From: Candidatus Latescibacterota bacterium
Lineage (GTDB): Bacteria; Latescibacterota; UBA2968; UBA8231
Reading direction: 5' to 3'
DNA length: 64,000 nt
Assembly (NCBI GenBank): GCA_965204725.1
Contig: OZ242005.1
Coordinates: forward strand, 3,360,001-3,424,000
Shown: positions 37,625 to 46,791 of the stretch, piece after piece
Numbering within the stretch: the first letter of the stretch is position 1
Layout: the number at the start of each line of letters is the position of its first letter
Made by a program: the position numbers and the translations under genes
Notes under the pieces: model-generated
Seen by the model: only the letters and a program-made list of their open reading frames with translations
Database searches by the model: none
What the model was told of the DNA's origin: nothing

Positions 37625-38926
37625 TTAGCTCCACAAGCGGTCGTGTGGCCGCTCGTCGTCCCACTCCTCGGTGGGGCCAAATAGGTCCGGCTGCTCTGGA
37701 TCGGCAAACGACCGCAGCACTTCTTCGTTGAGGCCGCTAAAGCCCAGCCCCGGCCCCTCCGGCACCGCAATGTGCCCGTCCTCAATTAGAGGCACCGGCA
37801 AGCCCTCGACCAAGCTGCTCCACTGCTCTAGCTGATCAACCGAGTGGTTTTCGAGCACCATGAAGTTTTCGGTCGCCGCGGCGCAATGCACCGAAGCGAG
37901 TGCCGCCACCGGCGACATGGCCATGTGCAGCGCCATGGCAATGCCGCAATCCTGCGCTAGGTCGCCGATCTTTTTGGTCTCGAGGATTCCGCCGGAAGAG
38001 GCCAAGTCTGGGTGGACGACGGCAATGGCGCGCCGTTCAAAGAGCGGTAGGAAGTTTTCCTTGAGATAGATATCCTCGCCTGTACACAGAGGCGTATCTA
38101 CGGCTTCGGCGAGCCGCTGCCATTGGTCGGCCAACTGCCAAGGGATCATGTCCTCGTACCAAGCTAGGCTGAACTGATCGAGTGCCTTGCCCAAGCGGAT
38201 GCAGGACTCAACGCCGAGGTGGCCAAAGTGATCGACGGCCAAGGGCACTTCATAGCCGATTACCTCGCGCACCTGCGCCACGTATTCGCAGAGGACGTCA
38301 ATGCCTTTGTTGGTGATCTGAATCCCCGTAAATGGGTGCATGACGTCGCGGCTTTCCAACATGCCCGGCGGGGCGATCAGCGCGTCTTTAACCCCCTGTA
38401 GCAACCCAATGCCAACGTCCATTTTGAGGAACTTAAACCCCCGCTCCACGCGCTCCTTGAGCAACTGCCCCATCTGGCGGCCATCGCGCCGCGTGGGGGT
38501 ATCGCAGTAGCAGAGGATGCGGTCGCGGAACTTGCCCCCGGCCAGTTGGTAGGCCGGCACATTATAGGCTTTGCCCGCCAGATCCATCAGCGCCATCTCA
38601 ACGCCGCAGACGCCGCCGGCTTGGCGCGCGTGGTGGCCGAATTGTTTGATCTTGCGGAAGAGCTTATCGACGTTGCAGGGGTTTTCCCCGAGCAAGCGGC
38701 TTTTGAGCATGAGTGCGTAGGTCGGGCTGCCGCCGTCGCGCACCTCGCCGTAGCCCGAGAGCCCTTGGTTGGTGTCGATGCGGATGATCGTCGCGCGGAA
38801 CGGCGCACCGCGCATATTGGCAACGCGCACATCGGTGATCTTTAGAGCCGAGGGTCGGGAGTGCGGGTTTGCGTTCTCTTCCATTCTTGTCTCCATTTTC
38901 GCTGGATGTATTTTAGGGGCTTCCAA
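37625..38926 (-). CDS. Mandelate racemase/muconate lactonising enzyme family (acid-sugar dehydratase-like)
   Basis: GYGE, EMALMDLAGK, AVDH, WYED, TGED, HPD; start may be a downstream ATG. Confidence 0.9.
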   Translation of the reverse strand: MEAPKIHPAKMETRMEENANPHSRPSALKITDVRVANMRGAPFRATIIRIDTNQGLSGYGEVRDGGSPTYALMLKSRLLGENPCNVDKLFRKIKQFGHHARQAGGVCGVEMALMDLAGKAYNVPAYQLAGGKFRDRILCYCDTPTRRDGRQMGQLLKERVERGFKFLKMDVGIGLLQGVKDALIAPPGMLESRDVMHPFTGIQITNKGIDVLCEYVAQVREVIGYEVPLAVDHFGHLGVESCIRLGKALDQFSLAWYEDMIPWQLADQWQRLAEAVDTPLCTGEDIYLKENFLPLFERRAIAVVHPDLASSGGILETKKIGDLAQDCGIAMALHMAMSPVAALASVHCAAATENFMVLENHSVDQLEQWSSLVEGLPVPLIEDGHIAVPEGPGLGFSGLNEEVLRSFADPEQPDLFGPTEEWDDERPHDRLWS

Positions 38927-38972
38927 TGATATTCCGCCCGCATTTTTTCGTCAACTTAGGAGATCGGACGAG

Positions 38973-39173
38973 ACACCACCAATCCCATAGGAGATTAGCG
39001 AAATGACCAATGCAAATGTTGGAATCTTGATGGCTCTACTCGTGGTGTTAAGCAGTGGCCCAACTCAAGCAAGAGTCGCGGCCTTGGCGGGCGAAAGTCA
39101 GCCGGTTCCGCTTTGGAGTAGATCTGCAACCTCGCCAGAGCAGGAGTGGTCGTCGCCGCGCCCGGCGGCCAAA
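38973..39173 (+). repeat. Leader repeat copy 1 (5' UTR + signal/propeptide)
   Basis: Closely matches 42607-42797. Confidence 0.92.
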
Positions 39174-41675
39174 GCGCAAGCGGACGACTCCATAAGCCCC
39201 ACAGTCTCCGTGGGGAGAACCCATTGGTATTGGCATCCCTATATGATCGGAGGGTTGAGCGACGAAACGACTCCCCGCTGCTCACGCTCCGAGGTGGCTT
39301 CCCTCAATGGAGACGATCTGGTCAACTACCTGCGGACTCACACGCCGGAATGCATCGAACGCCTGCCCATCATCTACAGCGACCAGAATATGCAGTCGGT
39401 GCTTGCAGCCATTGAAGATCTGGCCACTGCATACAACGGTACCAATAACACTGGTCTGTACCAGCTCTGGTACTTCGTATGGATAGGCTACTGGTTCCAC
39501 GAATCATACCCCGACGAGATCGGTGGACCATTCGGCGAAATGACTCACCGCGCCTACATCGCCGCCTCAGAGGCCTTTGCCGCCAATGACCACTTCTTCG
39601 ATTTCAATGACGAGGCTGGTGAGATCTTGTTCGCTTATATGGAAGTTGCCGACCGGGACGGGATACGCCAGTTCCATCTAGAGCAGATCAAATTGGTCCT
39701 TTCGGGTATGACTCCTGAGCGGATGACCAACTTCTTTCAGGAGCAGGCGTTCTGGATGACCGTCCGTCTGATATACGAAGGCCTATTCCGCAACGACCAA
39801 GGGTTCATTGATGTCCTCGCGCAGGATTCGGAAATCGTCGAACTCCTGTTGCAGGCTACCCAGTTTGGTGAATTGCCCATTGACACACTGGGGCTGTTGG
39901 CCACAATTCCAAGCATAGGGGAAGCTGCCATCGCCGCGCTGACCACTTTCCTCATGGAGCAAGAACGCCTCAGCAACACTTTCATAATCGCGGCAGATGC
40001 CTTGGAAGACAAAGTCGACTGCACCAGCTTGAACATCTGCCGAGATGTGCTGAAGCGCGAACTCCACGCCCGGGTCTTCCCCAACACGTACCGCTTCGAC
40101 GATGGTTCCTTAGTCTTTGAGACTCCCCTAGACCTGAATACAGTGCAGACCTTATACCAAGCGGCCAAGGAGGTGAAGGCGCAGTTTCACAGACTGTTGG
40201 AGACGGATCAGCCTGTGCCGGGTGCCATTGACGATGTGCTCCACGTCAAGATATATGGCTCTGCTTCGGAGCACAGAAATTTTCAAGGCTATCTATTCGA
40301 TGCGGACCTTAGGCGGAGTTACGCCGCCGGCTACTACGAGAATGGTACCGTGTACACCTATCGGGCCAATTTTCCCACTGAACCCCGTGAAGGCATAGCC
40401 CTTGAAGAAAAGTTTCGCCACGAGTACGTACACTACCTAGCTGATCGCTTTGTGCCCACAGGCCTGTATGATGACTGCCTACTGACTTGGTTTCACGAAG
40501 GTCTAGCCGAGTTCCTGATGGGCAGTACCCAAGCCGAGGGCATTTCCGTACTTCGATTCCACATAGAAGAGATCATGGGCGAAGAGCAAGATACCGGCGT
40601 CGGACGATTCGACCCTGCACGAATCTTCAAATTTTGTTACACTGGCTGGCCCCCTTTCAAGCTCCGTGACTACCGCTACTCCGGCCTTTTCTTTCATTTC
40701 ATGCATCAGCAGCGGCGCACCCAGTTGTTGGAGCTAGTCGGCATGGTCCGTAGCGGGGATGTGTCAGCCTACAACGCTGTGATCGAGACTTGGGCCGGAA
40801 ATACCCAACTAGCCGCTGATTACTCCGCCTTTGTGGATGAACAGTTCGCCAACGTTGATCAACTGCCCTATCATCCCGATTACTCAGTCCACCTACCTGA
40901 TGTCGACCCACAACTCTACCCTCCCCAAACGACCACTTTCCACCTACCGGCCCATCTTACCAGCGACAGTCCTGCGGAGATAGAAACTGCCCTGCAACGA
41001 ATTAACGGCGAGTTGAACTTGAATTGTCGTACCGTGGCGACCGAACTCAGTCCTCGCTTCGGATGCTCTGGAACCTTGTCAGGGGAGTCCCGGTCGGTAG
41101 AGTCTCTTTCCAGCAGCAATCAGGGCGAGCCGAGCCTTTTTGATCTTTTCGCCACCGGCCAAGTTGCCCCGCTCATCGGCGATCGGGGGCCACTCAACGA
41201 ACGACTAAATACCCGGCTAGACAGCTTTATCGTCGCTGCCGTAGAAGATGGAGAGATCAATAACTTTGAGGACATGAATTGCTACTTTACTAATGTGGGG
41301 GGCTGGCCCCCGGTTGCCGACCTGTACTGTGAAGGCCCCCTGCGGCCCATGGCTTTGGCACGGGCACTGGTGGATTCTGTACAGACCGGCCTGCCCGACA
41401 GTGACCAATTGCAGCAAAACGCGCCCAATCCGTTCAACAATCAGACGGTCCTTTCCTACTTCTTACATACCCCCGGTCCGGCGCGCTTAGAAGTATTCTC
41501 CCTGACTGGGCAGCGCGTGGCGGTCTTGCGCCAAGGGCCGCAGAAAGCGGGCTACCATCGCCTCCGTTGGAATGGCCGCGACGACGTAGGCCGTCCCGTG
41601 GCCAGCGGCATGTACCTGTACAGGCTCGTGACGGACGAAGGCGCGTTGACGCGCAAGCTCATGCTGCTGCGTTGA
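39003..41675 (+). CDS. Secreted M9 collagenase-like metalloprotease with FlgD/T9SS-A-like C-terminal domain
   Basis: Signal peptide; LYQAAKEVKAQFHR, FRHEYVHYL, WFHEGLAEF; QNAPNPFN...TRKLMLLR. Confidence 0.88.
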   Translation: MTNANVGILMALLVVLSSGPTQARVAALAGESQPVPLWSRSATSPEQEWSSPRPAAKAQADDSISPTVSVGRTHWYWHPYMIGGLSDETTPRCSRSEVASLNGDDLVNYLRTHTPECIERLPIIYSDQNMQSVLAAIEDLATAYNGTNNTGLYQLWYFVWIGYWFHESYPDEIGGPFGEMTHRAYIAASEAFAANDHFFDFNDEAGEILFAYMEVADRDGIRQFHLEQIKLVLSGMTPERMTNFFQEQAFWMTVRLIYEGLFRNDQGFIDVLAQDSEIVELLLQATQFGELPIDTLGLLATIPSIGEAAIAALTTFLMEQERLSNTFIIAADALEDKVDCTSLNICRDVLKRELHARVFPNTYRFDDGSLVFETPLDLNTVQTLYQAAKEVKAQFHRLLETDQPVPGAIDDVLHVKIYGSASEHRNFQGYLFDADLRRSYAAGYYENGTVYTYRANFPTEPREGIALEEKFRHEYVHYLADRFVPTGLYDDCLLTWFHEGLAEFLMGSTQAEGISVLRFHIEEIMGEEQDTGVGRFDPARIFKFCYTGWPPFKLRDYRYSGLFFHFMHQQRRTQLLELVGMVRSGDVSAYNAVIETWAGNTQLAADYSAFVDEQFANVDQLPYHPDYSVHLPDVDPQLYPPQTTTFHLPAHLTSDSPAEIETALQRINGELNLNCRTVATELSPRFGCSGTLSGESRSVESLSSSNQGEPSLFDLFATGQVAPLIGDRGPLNERLNTRLDSFIVAAVEDGEINNFEDMNCYFTNVGGWPPVADLYCEGPLRPMALARALVDSVQTGLPDSDQLQQNAPNPFNNQTVLSYFLHTPGPARLEVFSLTGQRVAVLRQGPQKAGYHRLRWNGRDDVGRPVASGMYLYRLVTDEGALTRKLMLLR

Positions 41676-41719
41676 TTGCTTCGCGTTGCACCGACACGTA
41701 CTCTGCCGGTCTCGTGGGC
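41390..41719 (+). repeat. Tail repeat copy 1 (CTD + ~45 bp of 3' flank)
   Basis: Closely matches 45072-45401, including the sequence after the stop codon. Confidence 0.92.
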
Positions 41720-41800
41720 AGAGTTCTTTGCAGCCGCCGGATTGAAAGGACATATCGCATTTTTTATTCACTTCAACATCATACTTAGGAGGAGATCGAC

Positions 41801-42583
41801 ATGAAGCTAAAAGACAGAGTGGCCCTCGTCACCGGGGGCAGCAGCGGCATTGGCCGAGCTGCGGCCGTGGCCATGGCCCGCGAAGGGGCCAAGATCGCGC
41901 TGACAGCTCGCCGCGCCGAGCGCTGTGCGGAAGCCGTAGCCGAAATCGAAGGGCTAGGCGGCCAAGCACTGGCCTTGCCCGGCGACGTGGCTAACGCCGA
42001 GCACGTAGCCGGGCTGGTCGCGGCCACGGTTGAGCGGTGGGGCCACCTCGACATCGTCGTGCCCAACGCCGGCATCAACGGAGTCTTTGCTCCCATCGAG
42101 GACATCACCCCCGAGGAGTGGGATCAGACGCACCACATCAACGTGCGCGGCACCTTCCTCTCCGTTAAATACGCCATCCCCCATCTGCGGGCGGCGGGCG
42201 GCGGCAGCATCATCGTGGTCTCCTCGGTCAACGGCAACCGCATCTTCTCCAACTTCGGCTTTACCGCGTATTCCTGCTCCAAGGCCGCGCAAGTGACCTT
42301 TGCCAAAATGGCCGCGGTCGAGCTAGCGCAGTGGGACATTCGCATCAATGTGGTCTGCCCGGGCGCGACCCAAACCAGCATCGGCGAGAACACCTTCCCC
42401 CGCGACCTCGACAAAATTCGCATCCCCCGCGAGTTCCCCCAAGGCATGATCCCCCTACAACAACGCGCCGCCAGTGCCGAGGAGGTCGCCAACGCCATTG
42501 TCTTTTTAGCCTCGGACGAGGCCAGCTACATCACGGGGACCGAGATGTACGTCGATGGGGCGCTGTCGCTGTTTCAGGGGTGA
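41801..42583 (+). CDS. SDR family oxidoreductase
   Basis: TGGSSGIG, PNAG, YSCSK; RBS AGGAGGAG. Confidence 0.95.
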   Translation: MKLKDRVALVTGGSSGIGRAAAVAMAREGAKIALTARRAERCAEAVAEIEGLGGQALALPGDVANAEHVAGLVAATVERWGHLDIVVPNAGINGVFAPIEDITPEEWDQTHHINVRGTFLSVKYAIPHLRAAGGGSIIVVSSVNGNRIFSNFGFTAYSCSKAAQVTFAKMAAVELAQWDIRINVVCPGATQTSIGENTFPRDLDKIRIPREFPQGMIPLQQRAASAEEVANAIVFLASDEASYITGTEMYVDGALSLFQG

Positions 42584-42606
42584 GAGCGTCCGCTGCACAA
42601 ACCGGA

Positions 42607-42797
42607 ACACCACCAATCCTTACGGAGATAGACGAAATGACCAATGCAAATGTTGGAATCTTGATGGTCCTACTCGTGGTGTTAAGTACTAGCCCAACTC
42701 AAGCAAGCGTCGCGGGCGAAAGCCAGTCGGTTCCTCCTTGCAGTAGAGCCGCAGCCTCGCCAGAGCAAGAGTGGTCGTCGCCGCGTCCGGCGGCCAA
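42607..42797 (+). repeat. Leader repeat copy 2
   Basis: ACACCACCAATCC..CGAAATGACCAATGCAAATGTTGGAATCTTGATGG..GAGTGGTCGTCGCCGCG..CCGGCGGCCAA shared with copy 1. Confidence 0.92.
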
Positions 42798-45357
42798 GCG
42801 GCTGGCAAATTTGAACGTCGGCGTACCGCGCACCGTACGGCTCATCTACTTCTTGCCCAACGACCGTCCATACCGCGCCGAAGTGGTCCATTCGATGAAA
42901 GCGATGGTTCGCCGGGTTCAGACCTTCTATGCAGAGCAGATGCAGGTGCATGGCTATGGGGATAGAACCTTCCGCTTTGAAACCGATGCCGCAGGCGAGC
43001 CGATGGTGCATCGCGTCGATGGGAGGCACTCCGATAGCTACTATCTCAACTATACGTATCGCGATGTGCGCGAAGAGCTCGATCAAGTTTTTGATCTCTG
43101 GAGTAATATTTACATCATCGTAGTTGATAATAGTATCCATGGGATTGGTTTTTGGGGTGGATTAGTGGGAGGCATTGGAATCTATACCGGCAAAAGCAAT
43201 GGTGGCTTGGGGATGTTTTCTGAAGAATCCAGCTTTATAACAATGGCCCATGAACTGGGCCATACCTTCGGATTATCGCACGATTTCAGGGATGATACGT
43301 ACATCATGTCGTATGGCCCGGGGGGACGGCTGTCGGCGTGCGCTGCCGGACTTTTGGCTGTACATCCTTACTTCGATTATGATGTCCCAACTAGCTACAT
43401 AGAGTCGCCAACCATCGAACTCATTTCACCGCGATATCCGGCCGGGTCAAACAGTGCCTCCGTCCAACTCAGAGTCCGCGATTCAGACGGGCTTCACCAA
43501 GTGACCTTATTCAATTTTACAAGAAAGCCACATTTTTCCGCTGGGGCTAAGGAAGTGAAGGCGTGTCGTAGATTGATGGGTGAAAGAGGGGCCATCGTTG
43601 AATTCGATTATGATGGCGTTGTTCCATCTGCGCCTCTTACGACGAATCTTTCTATGTCTCCCGTGCATACTATTCAGGTTGACGCCATTGATACGGATGG
43701 AGATACAAATACAGGCTATGGACTGTTTATCCTCGCGGAAATTTCGCCACATCATATCGCCACCCTTGAGGGACATGGGGGTGAGGGGTATGGGATTGCG
43801 GTAGCATTTTCGCCGGATGGGAAAACCCTCGCAACCGGATCAGAGTATGGTGCAGTTAAGCTGTGGGACGCGACCACGAAAACAAATATCGCCACCCTCG
43901 GAGCTACAGAGGGTGTCTCTTCGGTGGCGTTTTCGCCGGATGGAGCCACCCTCGCGACCGGATCGTGGAATGGTGTAGTTAAGCTGTGGGATGCGACCAC
44001 GAAAACAAATATCGCCACCCTTGAGGGGCATAGGGAGACTAGGATTGTGGTAGCGTTTTCGCCGGATGGAGCCACCCTCGCGACCGGATCACGGAGTGGC
44101 GAGGTTACGTTATGGGACGCGACCACGAAAACGAACATCGCCACCTTCGGAGCAACGGGAAGCATATCTTCGGTAGCATTTTCGCCGGATGGGATCATCC
44201 TCGCGGCCGGGGCAAGTGATGACACGATCCAACTGTGGGATGTGTCTGAGTGGGCGGCGTCCCGTACTCAAAGTCTGGTGATAACCTCCGACGATGAGCA
44301 ACAGGAGGCCGAGCAGGATACTACCACCGATGAGCAACAGGAGGCCGAGCAGGATACTACCACTAACGGGCGATCTATGACCCAGACCGTGGCTAAGGTC
44401 TCCGGCGATGGCCAAGAAGGCCCAGCCTTCACACAACTGGACGAGCCGTTTGTGGTTTCGGTGTTGGATCAAGACAGTTCACCCCTTGCCGGGGCGGTCG
44501 TCACCTTTTCGGTTGCCGTTGGCGGAGGACTGCTGTCATCTGCCAGCGACACCAATCCTTGCACCATTGCGTCCTCTACGTCTTCTACCACCGCCACTAC
44601 CGATGCCAACGGCCAAGCCGCAACCCGGCTGACGCTGGGCAGCGAGCCGGGAATGAACGCCGTGGAGGCCATCGTGGAGGGACTAAAGCCGGTGACCTTT
44701 ACCGCTACCGCCGCCGCGCAAGCAAGGCCCCATAGTCTGACGAAGCTCTGCGGCGATGGCCAAAAAGGTACGGCCTACGAACAACTCGATGAGTCGTTTG
44801 TGGTTTTACTATTGGACGAAAATGGAGCGGCGATGGCCGGGGTAGCTGTGTCGTTTTCGGTTGCCGCTGGCGGGGGGACGCTGTCGTCCACCACGGCCAC
44901 GACCAATGCCAATGGTCGTGCTGCGACCCGGCTGATGCTGGGCAGCGAGCCGGGAACGAATACCGTAGAGGCCGCCGTAGAGGGACTAGAGCCGGTGACC
45001 TTTACCGCTGTCGGGCAAGAGTCGCCCTTGGCTAGTCTTTTCGATGATTTTCTGAGTGGTAAGCTGGTAGCCCTGCCTAATAGCCCGCAGTTGGTGCAAA
45101 ACGCGCCCAATCCGTTCAACAGCCAGACGATCTTTGCCTATTTCCTGCCAGCGGCCGGTCCAGCGCGTTTAGAAGTATTCACACTGACCGGGCAACGGGT
45201 GGCGGTCTTACACCAAGGCCCGCAGCAGGCCGGCTACCACCGCCTCCGCTGGAATGGCCTCGACGACGCCGGTCGCCCCGTAGCCAGCGGCCTGTACCTA
45301 TACAGGCTCGTGACGGACGAAGTCGCATTGACACGCAAGCTCATGCTGCTGCGTTGA
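42637..45357 (+). CDS. Secreted metzincin metalloprotease + WD40 repeats + two Ig-like domains + FlgD/T9SS-A-like CTD
   Basis: HELGHTFGLSH and YIMSY Met-turn; four VAFSPDG..LWD repeats; SGDGQ/CGDGQ Ig pair; QNAPNPFN; start reset to ATG 42637. Confidence 0.88.
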   Translation: MTNANVGILMVLLVVLSTSPTQASVAGESQSVPPCSRAAASPEQEWSSPRPAAKRLANLNVGVPRTVRLIYFLPNDRPYRAEVVHSMKAMVRRVQTFYAEQMQVHGYGDRTFRFETDAAGEPMVHRVDGRHSDSYYLNYTYRDVREELDQVFDLWSNIYIIVVDNSIHGIGFWGGLVGGIGIYTGKSNGGLGMFSEESSFITMAHELGHTFGLSHDFRDDTYIMSYGPGGRLSACAAGLLAVHPYFDYDVPTSYIESPTIELISPRYPAGSNSASVQLRVRDSDGLHQVTLFNFTRKPHFSAGAKEVKACRRLMGERGAIVEFDYDGVVPSAPLTTNLSMSPVHTIQVDAIDTDGDTNTGYGLFILAEISPHHIATLEGHGGEGYGIAVAFSPDGKTLATGSEYGAVKLWDATTKTNIATLGATEGVSSVAFSPDGATLATGSWNGVVKLWDATTKTNIATLEGHRETRIVVAFSPDGATLATGSRSGEVTLWDATTKTNIATFGATGSISSVAFSPDGIILAAGASDDTIQLWDVSEWAASRTQSLVITSDDEQQEAEQDTTTDEQQEAEQDTTTNGRSMTQTVAKVSGDGQEGPAFTQLDEPFVVSVLDQDSSPLAGAVVTFSVAVGGGLLSSASDTNPCTIASSTSSTTATTDANGQAATRLTLGSEPGMNAVEAIVEGLKPVTFTATAAAQARPHSLTKLCGDGQKGTAYEQLDESFVVLLLDENGAAMAGVAVSFSVAAGGGTLSSTTATTNANGRAATRLMLGSEPGTNTVEAAVEGLEPVTFTAVGQESPLASLFDDFLSGKLVALPNSPQLVQNAPNPFNSQTIFAYFLPAAGPARLEVFTLTGQRVAVLHQGPQQAGYHRLRWNGLDDAGRPVASGLYLYRLVTDEVALTRKLMLLR
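43756..44244 (+). repeat. Four high-identity WD40 coding repeats
   Basis: TTTTCGCCGGATGG..CCCTCGC..GTGGGA.GCGACCACGAAAAC units. Confidence 0.9.
44293..44364 (+). repeat. 36-bp tandem duplication (DEQQEAEQDTTT x2)
   Basis: GATGAGCAACAGGAGGCCGAGCAGGATACTACCAC(C/T) x2. Confidence 0.95.
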
Positions 45358-45401
45358 TTGCTTCGCACGGAACCGGCACGTACTCTGCCGATCGCTTGGG
45401 C
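45072..45401 (+). repeat. Tail repeat copy 2
   Basis: CGCAAGCTCATGCTGCTGCGTTGATTGCTTCGC..CACGTACTCTGCCG shared with copy 1. Confidence 0.92.
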
Positions 45402-45425
45402 GATAGAAAGATGAGAGCACACCAT

Positions 45426-45460
45426 GGGAGCGGTCCCACACAGGAACCGCTCCCTTCTTT
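45426..45460 (+). terminator. Intrinsic terminator
   Basis: GGGAGCGGT/ACCGCTCCC stem followed by TTCTTT. Confidence 0.65.
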
Positions 45461-45561
45461 GCGGCCATTCCCGGTGCGGTTGTCGCCGATAGAGTGGGGA
45501 TATATTTTCAGAATTACGGACAAAGTGGCTACATACGCTTCAAACTGGACGAGGCTCCGGT

Positions 45562-46683
45562 ATGACGATACATAGACTGAAAGTCTCAGGACTGTTGTCC
45601 TTCGGGCCGCAGGGGATCGATCTGCCGATGGAACCGCTGAACGTCCTGATCGGCCCAAACGGTGCGGGAAAATCTAATCTGCTCGAAGTGCTGGCCTTGC
45701 TGAGGGCTGCGCCGCGTGAACTGGCGAGACCGATCAAGCGAGGCGGCGGAATCTGGGAATGGCTCTGGAAGGGCGACGAGTCGCCTCACAAGGCAACGAT
45801 GGAAGCCACCGTTGACGATCCCAAGAAGGACAGTCCCTTACGACACGTGCTGGAATTTACCGACCACGGTGGACGCTTTGAAGTCACTGATGAGCGCATT
45901 GAATGCGCGGAGACCAAGTTCTCCTATCGCCTTTATCAGGAATTTCACAGGCTTGGCCGCGCTACTCGTACGAGAGAAAAGCCGGAGGAGTCTGTTCTGT
46001 CTCAGGTCCGCGACGTACAAACGTATCCCGCGCTGCACTGCCTACAGGAGCAATACGAGCGCATTCGCCTGTATCGAAATTGGTCATTCGGTCCTGCGGC
46101 GGAGTTGCGCCGGAACCAGAGTACGCACGACCCCTCCGACTTCCTGAGCGAAGGAGGATCGAATTTGGCCCTCGTCCTGTCACACTTCCGGGGGGAGCAC
46201 AAGCGGAAACTCGTCGCGGCGTTGCAGGAACTCTTTGACGGCATCGTGGACGTCAACTGCCCGGTGACGGGCGGGACGGTGTCGCTTTTTTTAGAAGAAC
46301 GGGGCGGACGCGAGATTCCAGCGAGCCGCCTGTCCGACGGCACCCTGCGCTACCTGTGCCTGCTGGCCGTTCTGCTGCATCCCGAGCCGCCTTCCTTGGT
46401 CGCCATTGAGGAGCCGGAGTTGGGCCTTCATCCCGACGTCGTCGCTCAGGTTGCGGAATTGCTCGTCGATGCCGCTCAGCGCATGCAGATCGTGGTCACT
46501 ACCCACTCGCGCATGTTGGTTGACGCGCTGTCGGACCATCCGTCAAGCGTCGTAGTGTGCGAGCAGGAGAACGGCGAGTCGCGGTTCGAGCGGTTGGACA
46601 GCACGAGATTGAAAACTTGGTTGGACGAGTATAGCCTCGGCGAGCTCTGGGGTTCGGGGCAACTCGGCGGTAATCGCTGGTGA
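45562..46683 (+). CDS. AAA_21-type ABC ATPase of a putative defence/TA pair
   Basis: GPNGAGKS, LSDGTLR, AIEEPELGLHP, VTTHS, LGELW..GQLGG. Confidence 0.92.
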   Translation: MTIHRLKVSGLLSFGPQGIDLPMEPLNVLIGPNGAGKSNLLEVLALLRAAPRELARPIKRGGGIWEWLWKGDESPHKATMEATVDDPKKDSPLRHVLEFTDHGGRFEVTDERIECAETKFSYRLYQEFHRLGRATRTREKPEESVLSQVRDVQTYPALHCLQEQYERIRLYRNWSFGPAAELRRNQSTHDPSDFLSEGGSNLALVLSHFRGEHKRKLVAALQELFDGIVDVNCPVTGGTVSLFLEERGGREIPASRLSDGTLRYLCLLAVLLHPEPPSLVAIEEPELGLHPDVVAQVAELLVDAAQRMQIVVTTHSRMLVDALSDHPSSVVVCEQENGESRFERLDSTRLKTWLDEYSLGELWGSGQLGGNRW

Positions 46684-46712
46684 GTGCCGTCCTCTATATC
46701 GAAGGCGGTTGA
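46680..46712 (+). pseudogene. 10-codon stub of a DUF4276/TOPRIM-like partner gene
   Basis: GTGA overlap with the ATPase stop, MSAVLYIEGG then TGA. Confidence 0.6.
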
Positions 46713-46753
46713 GGATACTCGTACCTAATCGATAAAATCGCTACTCATACCTA

Positions 46754-46791
46754 TTGCAACGGCATCATATATGTAGTACGCTGTACTACAT
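46754..46791 (+). promoter_or_regulatory. Leaderless promoter with palindromic operator
   Basis: TTGCAA-17-TACGCT-7-ATG; perfect inverted repeat ATGTAGTAC-gct-GTACTACAT at 46771-46791. Confidence 0.65.

Noticed and set aside
42331-42636. N-terminal extension of the 1008-aa ORF
   Set aside because: It overlaps the SDR in another frame; the shared leader and RBS fix the start at 42637.
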